NCBI GenBank assembly: GCA_002347965.1
Contig: DDYN01000032.1
Coordinates: 14,795 to 78,794 of the forward strand
DNA length: 64,000 nucleotides
Direction of reading: 5' to 3'
Source of the DNA: Nitrospirae bacterium UBA2233
Lineage (GTDB): Bacteria; UBA2233
The position numbers and the translations under genes are program-made. This document shows positions 18,433 to 28,215 of this stretch, piece after piece (within the stretch, counting starts at the first letter, position 1; each line of letters begins with the position of its first letter). The notes beneath the pieces are model-generated. The model had not been told where the DNA came from. It saw only the letters and a list, made by a program, of their open reading frames with translations, and did no database searches.

Positions 18433-19407
18433 CTAAGCTTTGGGTTGGCAGGCTACAAAATGGCCTGGTGAAGCCTCGTGAAGCTCCGGGATGCGGCTTT
18501 TGCATGCCTCGAGCGGTTCTTCGCAAAGCGGCAAGTAGGCGCACTCTGGATGGGTTTTTTCGGCATCGCCCTCCGATTCGGCAGGAAGGGTTGTTGTCCT
18601 GGAAGCGTCCCAAAACTCCGGAGACAACGCAAGCAAGGCTCGGGTGTAGGGGTGCAGTGGCTCCTTAAAGAGGGCCTTTGCCGGTGCAAGCTCGACGAGA
18701 CGGCCTTTATAGAGAACGCCCACCCTGTCGCTTAAAACACGGACAACCGCTAAGTCATGGCTTATAAAAAGATACGTCAACCCAAGCTCCCTTTTGAGCC
18801 TAAGAAGCAGCTTTAGGATTTGGGCTTGAATCGAGACATCCAAGCTGGATGTCGGTTCGTCCAAAACGAGGAATTTGGGAGAAGGGCTAAGCGCCCTGGC
18901 AAGACACACCCGTTGCAATTGTCCTCCTGAGAGCTCGTGAGGGAATAGCTTTGCATGGGAAGGCTGAAGCCCTACGTGCTCAAGGAGTTCATCGACGCGC
19001 TCGTTCTTGGCCCTTGTGCCGGCAATGCCCCCTAGTGCAACCCCTTCTTCAACGGCGGTGCCAACGCGCATCCGCGGGTTGAGCGCCGCTTTCGGGTCTT
19101 GAAAGACAACCTGGGCCTTTTTTCTGAAGTCAAGCAATGCTCTCCCTCGCAAGGAGAACACGTCCCGCCCGTCAAAATACACCTTGCCCCCTGTGGGTGA
19201 GGCAAGCCTAAGAATTATTCTTCCCAACGTGGACTTGCCCGAGCCGGACTCGCCCACTAGCCCGAATGTCTCCCCTTGGTAGAGCGCGAGCGAAACGCTT
19301 GAAAGGGCTTCGAAAGAAGGGCTTCCTTGCGGGTAGAAACGCTTGGAGATGTCATCGAGGACGACAAGTTGTGGGAGGTGCTCCTTCGGCCGCGTGGCTT
19401 CTTTCAT
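18433..19407 (-). CDS. oppF: Oligopeptide ABC transporter ATP-binding subunit
   Basis: GESGSGKS, LSGGQLQR, LDEPTSSLD, SHDL, HPYT and a C-terminal Cys-rich oligo_HPY tail. Confidence 0.9.
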   Translation of the reverse strand: MKEATRPKEHLPQLVVLDDISKRFYPQGSPSFEALSSVSLALYQGETFGLVGESGSGKSTLGRIILRLASPTGGKVYFDGRDVFSLRGRALLDFRKKAQVVFQDPKAALNPRMRVGTAVEEGVALGGIAGTRAKNERVDELLEHVGLQPSHAKLFPHELSGGQLQRVCLARALSPSPKFLVLDEPTSSLDVSIQAQILKLLLRLKRELGLTYLFISHDLAVVRVLSDRVGVLYKGRLVELAPAKALFKEPLHPYTRALLALSPEFWDASRTTTLPAESEGDAEKTHPECAYLPLCEEPLEACKSRIPELHEASPGHFVACQPKA

Positions 19408-19420
19408 CGCTTCCTCCCTA

Positions 19421-19612
19421 TTATGAACGTTCGAACCTTGAACGTAGCCTACTCCAGCGGTGCTGGCCGATCAAGGCATGGCTGCTGTTCGCGTTCAGGA
19501 CAAAGCATCGAGGGCGAGCCCTGTTTGGGTTTACCATGACAACCCCAAGCCGATCGATACGGCCTACCATGCAGGGCTCCTTCAAGAGGCGCTGGAAGAG
19601 CTTCTCCCTCAA
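19421..19612 (-). CDS. Possible small basic protein (63 aa from TTG 19612, or 49 aa from ATG 19570)
   Basis: Fills the gap between oppCD and oppF; both candidate starts are preceded by AGGAG. No recognisable family. Confidence 0.3.
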   Translation of the reverse strand: MREKLFQRLLKEPCMVGRIDRLGVVMVNPNRARPRCFVLNANSSHALIGQHRWSRLRSRFERS

Positions 19613-19619
19613 TCGCTCC

Positions 19620-21494
19620 TTAAAGAAGAAGCGCTTCCTTGACCGCGAAACAACGGGCCCTGTGGCCGTCTTCGAGCGTGACCCATGGGGCCGGCTCGTC
19701 CTTGCAGTAAGGCCTCGCAACGGGGCAGCGAGGGGCGAACGCGCAGCCTTTGTGGAGCGTATACGGGTCGGGGGGGCTTCCTGGAAGCGCAAAGAGGGCA
19801 TTGTCCGGGTTGTCCGCGTCGAGTTTTGGGATCGAATCGAGCAGCCCCTTTGTGTAGGGATGCCGGGGGTCTTGGAACAAGCGCCTCGAGGGGCCCTCTT
19901 CGACAATCTCGCCCGCATACAGCACAGAGACTCTGTCAGCCCAGCCCTTGGCAAGCGCGAGGTTGTGCGTGATGAACAAGACGCCCAGCCCGCGCGTTGT
20001 CTTGAGCTTGGTGAGAAGCGCAAGGATCCTAGCTTGCGTGGCAACATCGAGCGCCGTCGTGGGTTCGTCGGCGATCAAGAGGCTTGGCGAGAGCGCGAGC
20101 ATGACGGCGAACACGACCCTTTGTCGCATGCCCCCCGATAGCTCGTGAGGGTAAGCGAAAAAGCAGCGCCTCTGATTTTGGATGCCAACTTCCTTAAAAA
20201 GATGAAGCGCTTCGTCCTTGGCCGCGGCCCAAGAAAGCATCCTGGCGGAAACAAGCGCCTCTGCTACCTGTTTTCCGGCCTGCATCGTCGGGTTGAGCGA
20301 CCCTAAAGGGTTCTGGAAAACCATGGCTAGCTTAGGCTTGCCCAGCTGGTCGAGGGGCCCAAGCCTTGGCAGCCGGAGCTCTTGGCCCATGAACAGGCAC
20401 TTGCCAGAAACCAGCGAGCCTTTCTTCGGCAAGAGTCCCACGATGGACCTTCCTAGCGTTGACTTGCCAGAGCCCGACTCTCCCACGAGCGCGAGCATTT
20501 CGCCGGGTTGAAGCGTAAGGCTAACCTCTCTGATCGCAGGAAGCTCTCCCCTTGGCGTAAGGAACCTAACACAGGCTTGCTCGAGCGTTAGAAGCGGGGC
20601 TCCGAGAGTTTTCTCCGGAGGGATTTCGGGAATGTTGACACTGCCCCTGACCAACGGCCTGGGTGCTGGCTCTCCCCTTTTTGGGTCCAGCATGTCCCTT
20701 AGGGTATCGCCCAAGGTGTTGAAGGCAAGGAGCGTCGAACAGAGAATGGTCGCGGGGATGAAGAGCTGCCAGGGGTAGTACCAAGATTCCCGGGCTCCCT
20801 CCGTGATCAGCGTGCCCAGGCTGGCCCTAGGCAGCGGCACGCCAAGGCCGATGAAGGCAAGGAACGCCTCCAAGAATACGGCCTGGGGAATGGTGAGCGT
20901 CAAGGCAACCAGTACGGGACTCATAACGTTCGGAAGGATGTGCCAAAGGAGAATCCGGAACGGCCCCTGGCCCATAGCGGTCGCGGCAAGGACGAAGTCC
21001 TCTTCTTTTGCCCTAAAAACCTCGCCCCGCACGAGCCTGGCCATCGGGATCCAGCCCGTAAGCGTCATTCCGACGATGAGCGAAAAAACCCCGGGGCCTA
21101 GGATTACTGCAAGCAGAAGGACCACCATGATATACGGGATGCCGTAGAGAACCTCCACCGAGCGCATAAAGGCCGTGTCCCATTTTCCCCCGATGTATCC
21201 CGCGAGCCCGCCCAGCATCAGGCCAAGCCCCAAATCGATCAGCGCGGCCGCAAACCCGACGAACAAAGAGATCCTAGCTCCACCCCATGCCCTTACAAAC
21301 AGGTCTCTTCCGAGCGCGTCCGTTCCGAACGGGTGGGCCAAGCCAGGGGGGAGGTTGGTTTGGGTGAGGTCGATCTCGTAGGGCGAAAAGGGGCTGAGCC
21401 AAGGCCCTAGCATGGCAAGCGTTAGAATGCCAATCAAAAAAAGGAGGCTTGTAAGGAGCAAGGGGCTGGATTTCAGCGGTCGAGAGCCGGCCAT
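19620..21494 (-). CDS. Fused oligopeptide ABC permease (OppC) and ATPase (OppD)
   Basis: N-half: HPFGTDALGRDLF, EAA-like loop, EAFLAFIGLGV. C-half: GESGSGKS, LSGGMRQR, ADEPTTALD, HPYT. No internal stop. Confidence 0.88.
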   Translation of the reverse strand: MAGSRPLKSSPLLLTSLLFLIGILTLAMLGPWLSPFSPYEIDLTQTNLPPGLAHPFGTDALGRDLFVRAWGGARISLFVGFAAALIDLGLGLMLGGLAGYIGGKWDTAFMRSVEVLYGIPYIMVVLLLAVILGPGVFSLIVGMTLTGWIPMARLVRGEVFRAKEEDFVLAATAMGQGPFRILLWHILPNVMSPVLVALTLTIPQAVFLEAFLAFIGLGVPLPRASLGTLITEGARESWYYPWQLFIPATILCSTLLAFNTLGDTLRDMLDPKRGEPAPRPLVRGSVNIPEIPPEKTLGAPLLTLEQACVRFLTPRGELPAIREVSLTLQPGEMLALVGESGSGKSTLGRSIVGLLPKKGSLVSGKCLFMGQELRLPRLGPLDQLGKPKLAMVFQNPLGSLNPTMQAGKQVAEALVSARMLSWAAAKDEALHLFKEVGIQNQRRCFFAYPHELSGGMRQRVVFAVMLALSPSLLIADEPTTALDVATQARILALLTKLKTTRGLGVLFITHNLALAKGWADRVSVLYAGEIVEEGPSRRLFQDPRHPYTKGLLDSIPKLDADNPDNALFALPGSPPDPYTLHKGCAFAPRCPVARPYCKDEPAPWVTLEDGHRARCFAVKEALLL

Positions 21495-22466
21495 TCAGCG
21501 CTCCTTTGCTCCGAAGGCGCGGATCCTTGGGTCTAAAAGGCCGTAGGCGATGTCGACCAAGAACATCGCGACGATCAGTAGCGCGGCGTAGAATACGGTC
21601 GTTCCCATGACGAGCGTGTAATCTCTGTCGTAGATGCTCTGGACGTAATGTTTCCCCAGGCCCGGCACGTTGAAGATCGTCTCGATCACGAACGATCCGG
21701 TCGTGATGTTCACCACCATCGGCCCTAAGTAGGTTAAGACGCTCAAGGCGGCGTTCCGAAGGATGTGATGCACCAGGAGTCTGGTATGCGCAAGCCCTTT
21801 AATCCTGGCCGTCTGGATGTAGTCTTGCCTTAGCACGTCCAAGATGCTCGCACGAAGGAGGCGAGCAATCGTCGCGGCAGGAAGGATGCTTAGCGTTAAG
21901 GCGGGCAAGAATCTTGCTATTCCTCCCTCCCAGCCTGCGACGGGGAAAAGGCCAAGCCTAAACGCAAAAACGTGCTGAAAAAACAAAGCCAAAATGAACG
22001 ATGGCACCGAAACGCCAAGGGCGGCCAAAAAGGTCGCGTATCGATCGATCCTTCCTTCGTGGTGCAGTCCAGCAAGCGTGCCCAAGAGCGTGCCCCAAAA
22101 AAGGGCCAGGAGTAAAGCCCAAAGCCCAAGCTCTGCCGAGACAGGGAAGCCTTGAGCGATGATGTCGTTTACCGAGCGGCCGAGCTGGACGTAAGAAACG
22201 CCGAAGTCGAGCCTTGAGAGGTTGCCCAGGTATCGAACGTACTGTTTGTAGAGCGGCTTATCGAGCCCGTACTTGCGGTAGAGGTTTTCCCTGACCTGTG
22301 GAGTGACCTTTGGGTCCGAGAACGGGTCCCCTGGAATCAAGCGCATGCCGAGGAACGTGAACGTTGCGACGACCCAAAGCGTGGCGAGCATCACGATGAC
22401 ACGCCCGAACAGGCGCCAAAGAGAACCTCTGCTTTGCAGGCTCACCTTGCTTCGTGCAGGCCTCAT
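21495..22466 (-). CDS. oppB: Oligopeptide ABC permease
   Basis: IPGDPF, YGLDKPL, DFGVS, DYIQTARIKGL, RDYTLVMG. ATG 22466 overlaps the oppA stop. Confidence 0.9.
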   Translation of the reverse strand: MRPARSKVSLQSRGSLWRLFGRVIVMLATLWVVATFTFLGMRLIPGDPFSDPKVTPQVRENLYRKYGLDKPLYKQYVRYLGNLSRLDFGVSYVQLGRSVNDIIAQGFPVSAELGLWALLLALFWGTLLGTLAGLHHEGRIDRYATFLAALGVSVPSFILALFFQHVFAFRLGLFPVAGWEGGIARFLPALTLSILPAATIARLLRASILDVLRQDYIQTARIKGLAHTRLLVHHILRNAALSVLTYLGPMVVNITTGSFVIETIFNVPGLGKHYVQSIYDRDYTLVMGTTVFYAALLIVAMFLVDIAYGLLDPRIRAFGAKER

Positions 22467-24088
22467 GGCTGGAAGCTTGCCCATTTGAGGGGCCCGTCGG
22501 CTCCGCACGCCAAGAACACGACGCCCTTGAGATAGGGCGGCACGAGCGCGTAGGAGAGCCTGTAGAACACGGGAACAACCGGGCTTTCTTGCATTAGCAA
22601 TTTTTCTGCGCGGACAAAGAGCGTCATGCGTTCGGCTTGGTCCGAGCTCCGGCGCGCTTTTTTGATGAGAGCATCGTAATCGGGGTTCGAAAAGCCCGGG
22701 TCGTTGAACGGCGAGCCTGTCGTGAACAGGTCTAGAAATGTCATTGGATCGTCGTAATCCGCCCCCCAAAGCACGTTGGCCGTGTCGTAATCCTTCATGG
22801 CCACGCGCGCCAAGCGGGTTTGGTAAGTGACTGGATCGAGGCTGACTTTGACCCCTAAGTGTTTTTGCCAGAAGAACTGTAGCACCTGTCCGAGCCTTCT
22901 TGCTTGAGGGGTATCATCTATCAGGAGAGAGAACGTGAGCTTCTTTTGCCCCGATTCTTTGATCCCTTCTTGAAACAGCGCCCTTGCTTCCTCGATCCTT
23001 CTATCTTCGAACCAAACGCTCGTTTTGTACGGCCTGCGAGTCAATGGGTCGTAAAACACGCTGAAACGTTCCCCAAAATGCGCTCGAAACGAGCGTCCCG
23101 GCCCGTCTCCCGAGATCGTCGGCGGTACGAACCCGTAGGCCGGGAGCGATTGCCTGTCCACGTTGGCGCAGTAAGCCTGCCTGTCCAGAACGAGGCTTAA
23201 CGCCTTGCGTACCTTTGGGTTTTGTAGGGGCTTGAGGTCTGGGCGGTGCAAATTGAACACGATGTAGTCGGTAACGGCCTCGGGCCTCGGCTTGAGCCGA
23301 GGGTTTCCTGCATAACGGGGCAAATGGACGGTAGGAACTTGGTAAATAAAGCTCAACGCGCCCGTGTCGTACATCTGGACGAGCGTGTTCGGGTCCTTGA
23401 CGACGACGAACTCGGCCCCCTTTAAAATCACGGCTTCTTTGTCCCAGTATCGCGGGTTTTTTCCCAACACGACCTTCGAGCCTTTCTTCCAGGCTGTGAC
23501 GACAAAGGGCCCGTTGAACGCGGTTCGCTCTGGACTCGTCCCGTAGCTTTGGCCTAACGCTTCGAGCAAGTCCTGCCTAAGCGGCAAATATGCGGGGAAG
23601 GCCGTAAGCCAAAGAAAATAGGGCGTGGGCCGCTTTAGTATAATCCGGAGCGTTCGCTCGCCTAGAACATCGACACGCTCTACCGTGTCGGTGACGATGT
23701 AGGCGTACTGGGCGGCCGCTTTAGGGTCCATCACACGCCCTAGGGCGAAGGCGAAATCTTTCGCCACGACTGGAACGCCGTCGCTCCAAAGGGCATTTCT
23801 TAAAAAAAACGTGTAGGAGCGTTTGTCCTTAGAGACTTCGATCTTACTCGCAATCCCTGGAACTATCCGGCCATCCGGCCCGACCCTGGTTAGCCCTTCG
23901 TAAATGTTCGTAAGCACCCGGAACGTAACGGAATCCGTGGACAGCCCAGGGTCGAGGATGCGAATGTCGTCCCCTATCTCCGAAATTAAGACGCCTGGTA
24001 TGTGGGCTTCGGGTTGCGGCCCTCCATGACACCCAAACAAAAGGGCAGGAAGAAGCAACCAGAACCAAGCCTTGGCACCAAAACGCAT
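22463..24088 (-). CDS. oppA: Oligopeptide-binding lipoprotein
   Basis: Lipobox-like LLFGC, NIYEGL, WSDGVPV, FNGPF, WGADYDDPMTFL. Confidence 0.9.
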   Translation of the reverse strand: MRFGAKAWFWLLLPALLFGCHGGPQPEAHIPGVLISEIGDDIRILDPGLSTDSVTFRVLTNIYEGLTRVGPDGRIVPGIASKIEVSKDKRSYTFFLRNALWSDGVPVVAKDFAFALGRVMDPKAAAQYAYIVTDTVERVDVLGERTLRIILKRPTPYFLWLTAFPAYLPLRQDLLEALGQSYGTSPERTAFNGPFVVTAWKKGSKVVLGKNPRYWDKEAVILKGAEFVVVKDPNTLVQMYDTGALSFIYQVPTVHLPRYAGNPRLKPRPEAVTDYIVFNLHRPDLKPLQNPKVRKALSLVLDRQAYCANVDRQSLPAYGFVPPTISGDGPGRSFRAHFGERFSVFYDPLTRRPYKTSVWFEDRRIEEARALFQEGIKESGQKKLTFSLLIDDTPQARRLGQVLQFFWQKHLGVKVSLDPVTYQTRLARVAMKDYDTANVLWGADYDDPMTFLDLFTTGSPFNDPGFSNPDYDALIKKARRSSDQAERMTLFVRAEKLLMQESPVVPVFYRLSYALVPPYLKGVVFLACGADGPLKWASFQP

Positions 24089-24206
24089 CGCTTGCCTTCC
24101 TAAAAGGAGGTGTGCAACAATAGGCAACGAATATAACCAGTACAAGGGGTGAAGCGCCTTGAGAACAGCACCCATTCCGCCTAGAAGTCCCTCTATCCAT
24201 GGGATA

Positions 24207-25661
24207 ATGTACCCTGTCGTCCTTCTGTGCGCAATCGTGTTGGTTCAAGCCCAAGCTTCTGCCCGCTCGTTTTACGAGCAAGGCTATCGCATGGCGAAGA
24301 CGCTCTCCCCGGCGTATTCCACGCTCGCTTCACAGCTCAAGGAGGAGGCGGAGCCGGACGCATGGGGTCGGGCGATTGAAATGGCCCAGCGCCACGAAGC
24401 GACGCTTGCCCGATACTTTCCAGAGCAGCTCGAAAGGCTAAGGGGCATGTCCACGGCTATCGGCACGAATCCAACGGAGACAGTCGCCCTTTCGATGTTC
24501 TTGAACCGTGGACAGCAGTGCGCCCAGGGGGCGAGCGCCCCTCCGGCCACGAAAGACGGCCAGGTGTACTTAACGTGGAACTTCGAGACGCTTACGGCAG
24601 CAAGGCCTTTGTTTATCCTGCCTCTCTTCTCGATCGTAGAAAACCAGGAAGGCTATAAGTTTTGCTTTCTTGGCTTGCCGTATTTTTTTGGTGTTCCCTT
24701 GATGAACGAGAAGGGCCTTTCGCTGTCGGCCGCCTCGATGACGATAAACGAGGACGGGGAGGGCCTTACGCCCTTCGAGCTGGCTGTTTTGGTAATGGAA
24801 AGGGCCGCAAACGTGGATGAGGCCGTGGAGATTGCCAAAGCGATGCCCCGATACTCGACCTCGGACATCTACTGGGGCAACTGGATGAACTGGAGCTTCA
24901 CGCTGGCCGATGCCCAGGAGAACGTGGCGACTATCGAGATGACAACCACGCTTTTCGAGGAGATTCGCCCAGAAAGCAAGATCGTTGCACGAGCCAACCA
25001 CTACGACTACCTGCCTGACGAGATGACAACCTGTTATCCCCTGGCCCCGCAGTATTCCAAAGGCGAGGCCTCGGCCTGCTTCGGCTCAAGGATGCGGGCC
25101 TCGAGGATGTGGAGGCTTTTGGAGGACAACTACGGCAAGATAGACCTAGAACTCGTCAAGACATTCACCGCGGACACTGAAGGCGGTGAGCCGTTTATGG
25201 GCAGGCCCTCGGGCACATGGTGGACGATCGAGCGGCACAGCCACACGTTGCCGCGCGACCAGTACGTTTGGAACGACGTCCCCTACAACCCCCAGTCCGA
25301 TATAGATTACGTCATAGAGCAGTTCAACCTCGTCTACGAGCCCAAGCGGCGGGTGCTTTGGTGGTCTTCTGGCCATGCCTCCAGGGGATACTTTATCCCG
25401 ATCTTTCTTGCCCCATGGTTTGGCGTGGAGGGTCCGACGATCGAGACCTACCAAGGCCCACAGAAGAACTATGCAAGGGTGCTTAACAGCTGGGTGAAGG
25501 TTTCAGACGAGCTTTTTGGGCTTGCGGAAGTCGTGCTTGGGCTTGGGGCCAGCACAGCCCAGCTTTTCGGGTATACGGCCGGCATTGAACCTAACGAGGG
25601 CTCGGTTGCATTGGGCGCCTTCAGGCCCTATGGAACCGAAACGCCAAGTGTTGCTGAATAA
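24207..25661 (+). CDS. Secreted C45-family (Ntn hydrolase) autoproteolytic acyltransferase/hydrolase 1
   Basis: Signal peptide MYPVVLLCAIVLVQAQASA; ERLRGMS pro-region; Q|CAQGASAPPATKDGQVYLTWNFE nucleophile segment; MNEKGLS, RANHY. Confidence 0.75.
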   Translation: MYPVVLLCAIVLVQAQASARSFYEQGYRMAKTLSPAYSTLASQLKEEAEPDAWGRAIEMAQRHEATLARYFPEQLERLRGMSTAIGTNPTETVALSMFLNRGQQCAQGASAPPATKDGQVYLTWNFETLTAARPLFILPLFSIVENQEGYKFCFLGLPYFFGVPLMNEKGLSLSAASMTINEDGEGLTPFELAVLVMERAANVDEAVEIAKAMPRYSTSDIYWGNWMNWSFTLADAQENVATIEMTTTLFEEIRPESKIVARANHYDYLPDEMTTCYPLAPQYSKGEASACFGSRMRASRMWRLLEDNYGKIDLELVKTFTADTEGGEPFMGRPSGTWWTIERHSHTLPRDQYVWNDVPYNPQSDIDYVIEQFNLVYEPKRRVLWWSSGHASRGYFIPIFLAPWFGVEGPTIETYQGPQKNYARVLNSWVKVSDELFGLAEVVLGLGASTAQLFGYTAGIEPNEGSVALGAFRPYGTETPSVAE

Positions 25662-25674
25662 AAAAAGGGGGAGC

Positions 25675-27111
25675 ATGTACAGTATGCGGTTAATTTGTCG
25701 ATACGGATGTTTTGCGGCGGGTCTGGTCCTTGCCCTCGCGCACGTAGGAAACACCACCCCTTTCTTCGAAGAGGGTGTCACGCTAGGAAGGAGCTTCAAA
25801 GAGGCTTACCGTTCGTTCGCTGAAGATGCTAAGGCGTCGGGCTTAAACGAGCAGGCCTCGGTACTTAGCCGGGGGCATATTCAAGACCTTGCCAGCTACT
25901 ACCCCGAATACCTAGAAAGGCTTGAGGGTATTTCGGAGTCCTCTGGGGTTCCGACCGAAGACCTCGTAAAGGCCAGTTTTGTCTTGGCGCTAGGTCCCAA
26001 GTGTGCCCAGTCGGGTGCCGCCCCGCCCGCCACAAGCGACGGCCAGGTGTATCTTTCCTGGAACTTCGAGTCTGCGCTGTTGGCCAGGCCGATCTTTTCG
26101 ATTCCCTTCTTTAGCGTTCTTGAGCCGAAGAACGGCTACAAGACGTTCTTTTGGGGCGTTCCTTACCTGATCGGGGTCGCGATCATGAACGAAAGGGGGC
26201 TATCGCTCGCCGCCTCTGCCATGAACTACGACGACGACGGGACTGGGCTAACCTCGTTCGAGCTTGCCAGCATGGCGATGGAGCGCTGCGCCACGATTCC
26301 CGAAGTGACCGAGCTTTTGGGCTCGGTGCCTCGGTTTTCCACCTCCGACCCAATGTTCGGGGCGTCGATCAACTGGACGTTCTCGATGGCGGACGAGCAG
26401 GGCAACGTGGCCATGATCGAGTTCACCCACAACTATTTAAAGTGGGACTACGGCGAAAACGGGATCGTCGGGAGGGCCAACACCTACCAGCTCCTGCCTT
26501 TGGAGAAGACGACCTGCATATCCACGTCGGAGTACTTCACTCCAGACATGGCGCTCGCTTGCTGGGGGGCGGATATGCGGGCCCTTAGGATGTGGGAATT
26601 GGTACGCACAAACTACGGCAACATCGACCTTGAAGCGATGAAGCGTTTCACCGCGGACACAAACGGGGGAACGGATTTCCTCGGCAGGCCAGCCGGCTCT
26701 TGGTGGACGCCGGAGCGTCACGGCCAAACCTTACCCGTGGACCTTGCCCTTTTCCAGGGCACGCCCTACATACCGATCATCATGGACTTCGGCTACGTGA
26801 TTACTCATACGGTGTTCATCTACGAGCCCAAAAGAAAAATTATCTGGTGGACGCCAGGACATACCTCCAGAATCGGGCACATCCCTCTCTTCGCAGGCGA
26901 GCTGATGGGTGTCCCGGGAGCCGCCAGGATCGAAGATTACCAAGGACCGGCCCACAACGCGGCCAGGGTCGTCCACTCTTTTTCCGGTGTGGCCGAAGCG
27001 TTGGGCGGCTCGATCGGGTTGATTGCAGGCCAGTTTTTCCAGGCAATCACTGGCAGGGATGTTTCTCCCGGCTATCCTGGCCTTTACTCGACCCAATTGG
27101 GTAGCAAGTAG
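25675..27111 (+). CDS. Secreted C45-family (Ntn hydrolase) autoproteolytic acyltransferase/hydrolase 2
   Basis: Hydrophobic N-terminus; K|CAQSGAAPPATSDGQVYLSWNFE, MNERGLS, RANTY; collinear paralog of the upstream gene. Confidence 0.75.
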   Translation: MYSMRLICRYGCFAAGLVLALAHVGNTTPFFEEGVTLGRSFKEAYRSFAEDAKASGLNEQASVLSRGHIQDLASYYPEYLERLEGISESSGVPTEDLVKASFVLALGPKCAQSGAAPPATSDGQVYLSWNFESALLARPIFSIPFFSVLEPKNGYKTFFWGVPYLIGVAIMNERGLSLAASAMNYDDDGTGLTSFELASMAMERCATIPEVTELLGSVPRFSTSDPMFGASINWTFSMADEQGNVAMIEFTHNYLKWDYGENGIVGRANTYQLLPLEKTTCISTSEYFTPDMALACWGADMRALRMWELVRTNYGNIDLEAMKRFTADTNGGTDFLGRPAGSWWTPERHGQTLPVDLALFQGTPYIPIIMDFGYVITHTVFIYEPKRKIIWWTPGHTSRIGHIPLFAGELMGVPGAARIEDYQGPAHNAARVVHSFSGVAEALGGSIGLIAGQFFQAITGRDVSPGYPGLYSTQLGSK

Positions 27112-27115
27112 CGGG

Positions 27116-27646
27116 GTGGAGTATCTCAGGCCCGCACGGTATGCGGACCTAGAGCTTTTGGCGCGCACCGGACGCGAAGACCCGGTGCGCGCCTTTTTCC
27201 TCGATTTTCGGGGTGATCTTGACCCTGCCCCTTTTTCGCGCCTCCGCGGGGCGTTTAGGGAAGAGCTCTTAAAGGCAAGTTCAAGCAGGCTGCTCGTTGT
27301 TCGAGCCGCATCTTCTCCGCTTCCCGAGGCCTTCCTGTTAGTTAGTTTTTTTGACGGCATCGAAGGGGACTGCTTTCTAAAGGCCTTGCCTTGCGTGGAA
27401 AACCTCGAAACCAAAGCCCTGCTGGGCGGGCTAAAGGAGCTTTTAAGCTACATCTTCTTATCAAGAAACCGCCACCGGGCCATGGTTCAGTTCCTCGGCT
27501 GCGAAGAGCGCTTGCTTGGGCTGTTTGAAAAGCTAGGCTTTATTCAAGAGGGCAGAAGGCGCGAGGAGGTGTATGCTCGAGGGCGATTTTACGACATCAT
27601 TCCTTTTAGCATGACACAAACCCGCTTTCTTGCTCAAAATTCATGA
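27116..27646 (+). CDS. RimJ/RimL-like GNAT fold protein
   Basis: YLRPARYADL start; C-terminal FEKLGFIQEGRRREEVYARGRFYD. GTG start 4 nt after the preceding stop. Confidence 0.7.
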   Translation: MEYLRPARYADLELLARTGREDPVRAFFLDFRGDLDPAPFSRLRGAFREELLKASSSRLLVVRAASSPLPEAFLLVSFFDGIEGDCFLKALPCVENLETKALLGGLKELLSYIFLSRNRHRAMVQFLGCEERLLGLFEKLGFIQEGRRREEVYARGRFYDIIPFSMTQTRFLAQNS

Positions 27647-28215
27647 GAACCGGGAAGTTCGTCCTACTTCGAAAGCCAGAAGAGACGGACCTCGATTTCC
27701 TTCTGGCCGCCTTCCAGGATACGGACTACCGCCGCTTTATCGGAGGCGACCCCTTGGAGAGAGAAAAGCGGCTCAGGGATCAAATCCTTCGTGCGGCCCA
27801 GGGGCTTTTTTCTTACGATGCCAACCTTTACGCGATTGTTTGCCGACTGAAAGACGGCCGTAGGGTTGGCTGCATCTTCTTCAACAAGATCTCCTGGCGA
27901 AACCGCAACGCCACGTTAGACGTGTTCTTTCTGAAGGAAGAACGCGCCACGATGGCCGTCATCGACGCCTACTTGGCGGCCATCGAATACGCATTTTTGG
28001 ACTTGGGCCTCCACAAGGTGATCGGCTACGTCTACGCGTTCAACGAAAGGCTCGTCAAGATCCATAAAAAGCTGGGGATTCCGATCGAGCAGCGGCTGAT
28101 CGAACACGTCTACCGGGACGGGCGCTACCACGACGTCCTGGCCTTCGGGATGCTCGAGCCGGAGTTTCGTGATCTCATGAAAAAGCCCTTCTACAAGTTC
28201 CTGCGCGGCGAATAA
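27643..28215 (+). CDS. RimJ/RimL-like GNAT N-acetyltransferase
   Basis: VLLRKPEETDL, ISWRNRNA, YAFLDLGLHKV, FNER, DGRYHD. ATGA overlap with the previous gene. Confidence 0.8.
   Translation: MRTGKFVLLRKPEETDLDFLLAAFQDTDYRRFIGGDPLEREKRLRDQILRAAQGLFSYDANLYAIVCRLKDGRRVGCIFFNKISWRNRNATLDVFFLKEERATMAVIDAYLAAIEYAFLDLGLHKVIGYVYAFNERLVKIHKKLGIPIEQRLIEHVYRDGRYHDVLAFGMLEPEFRDLMKKPFYKFLRGE

Noticed and set aside
21495-22769. 424-aa OppB as given by the ORF track
   Set aside because: The extension overlaps oppA by about 300 nt; ATG 22466 gives a normal-length OppB. Upstream extensions of 13666, 25516, 45434, 46485 and 57285 were trimmed for the same reason.
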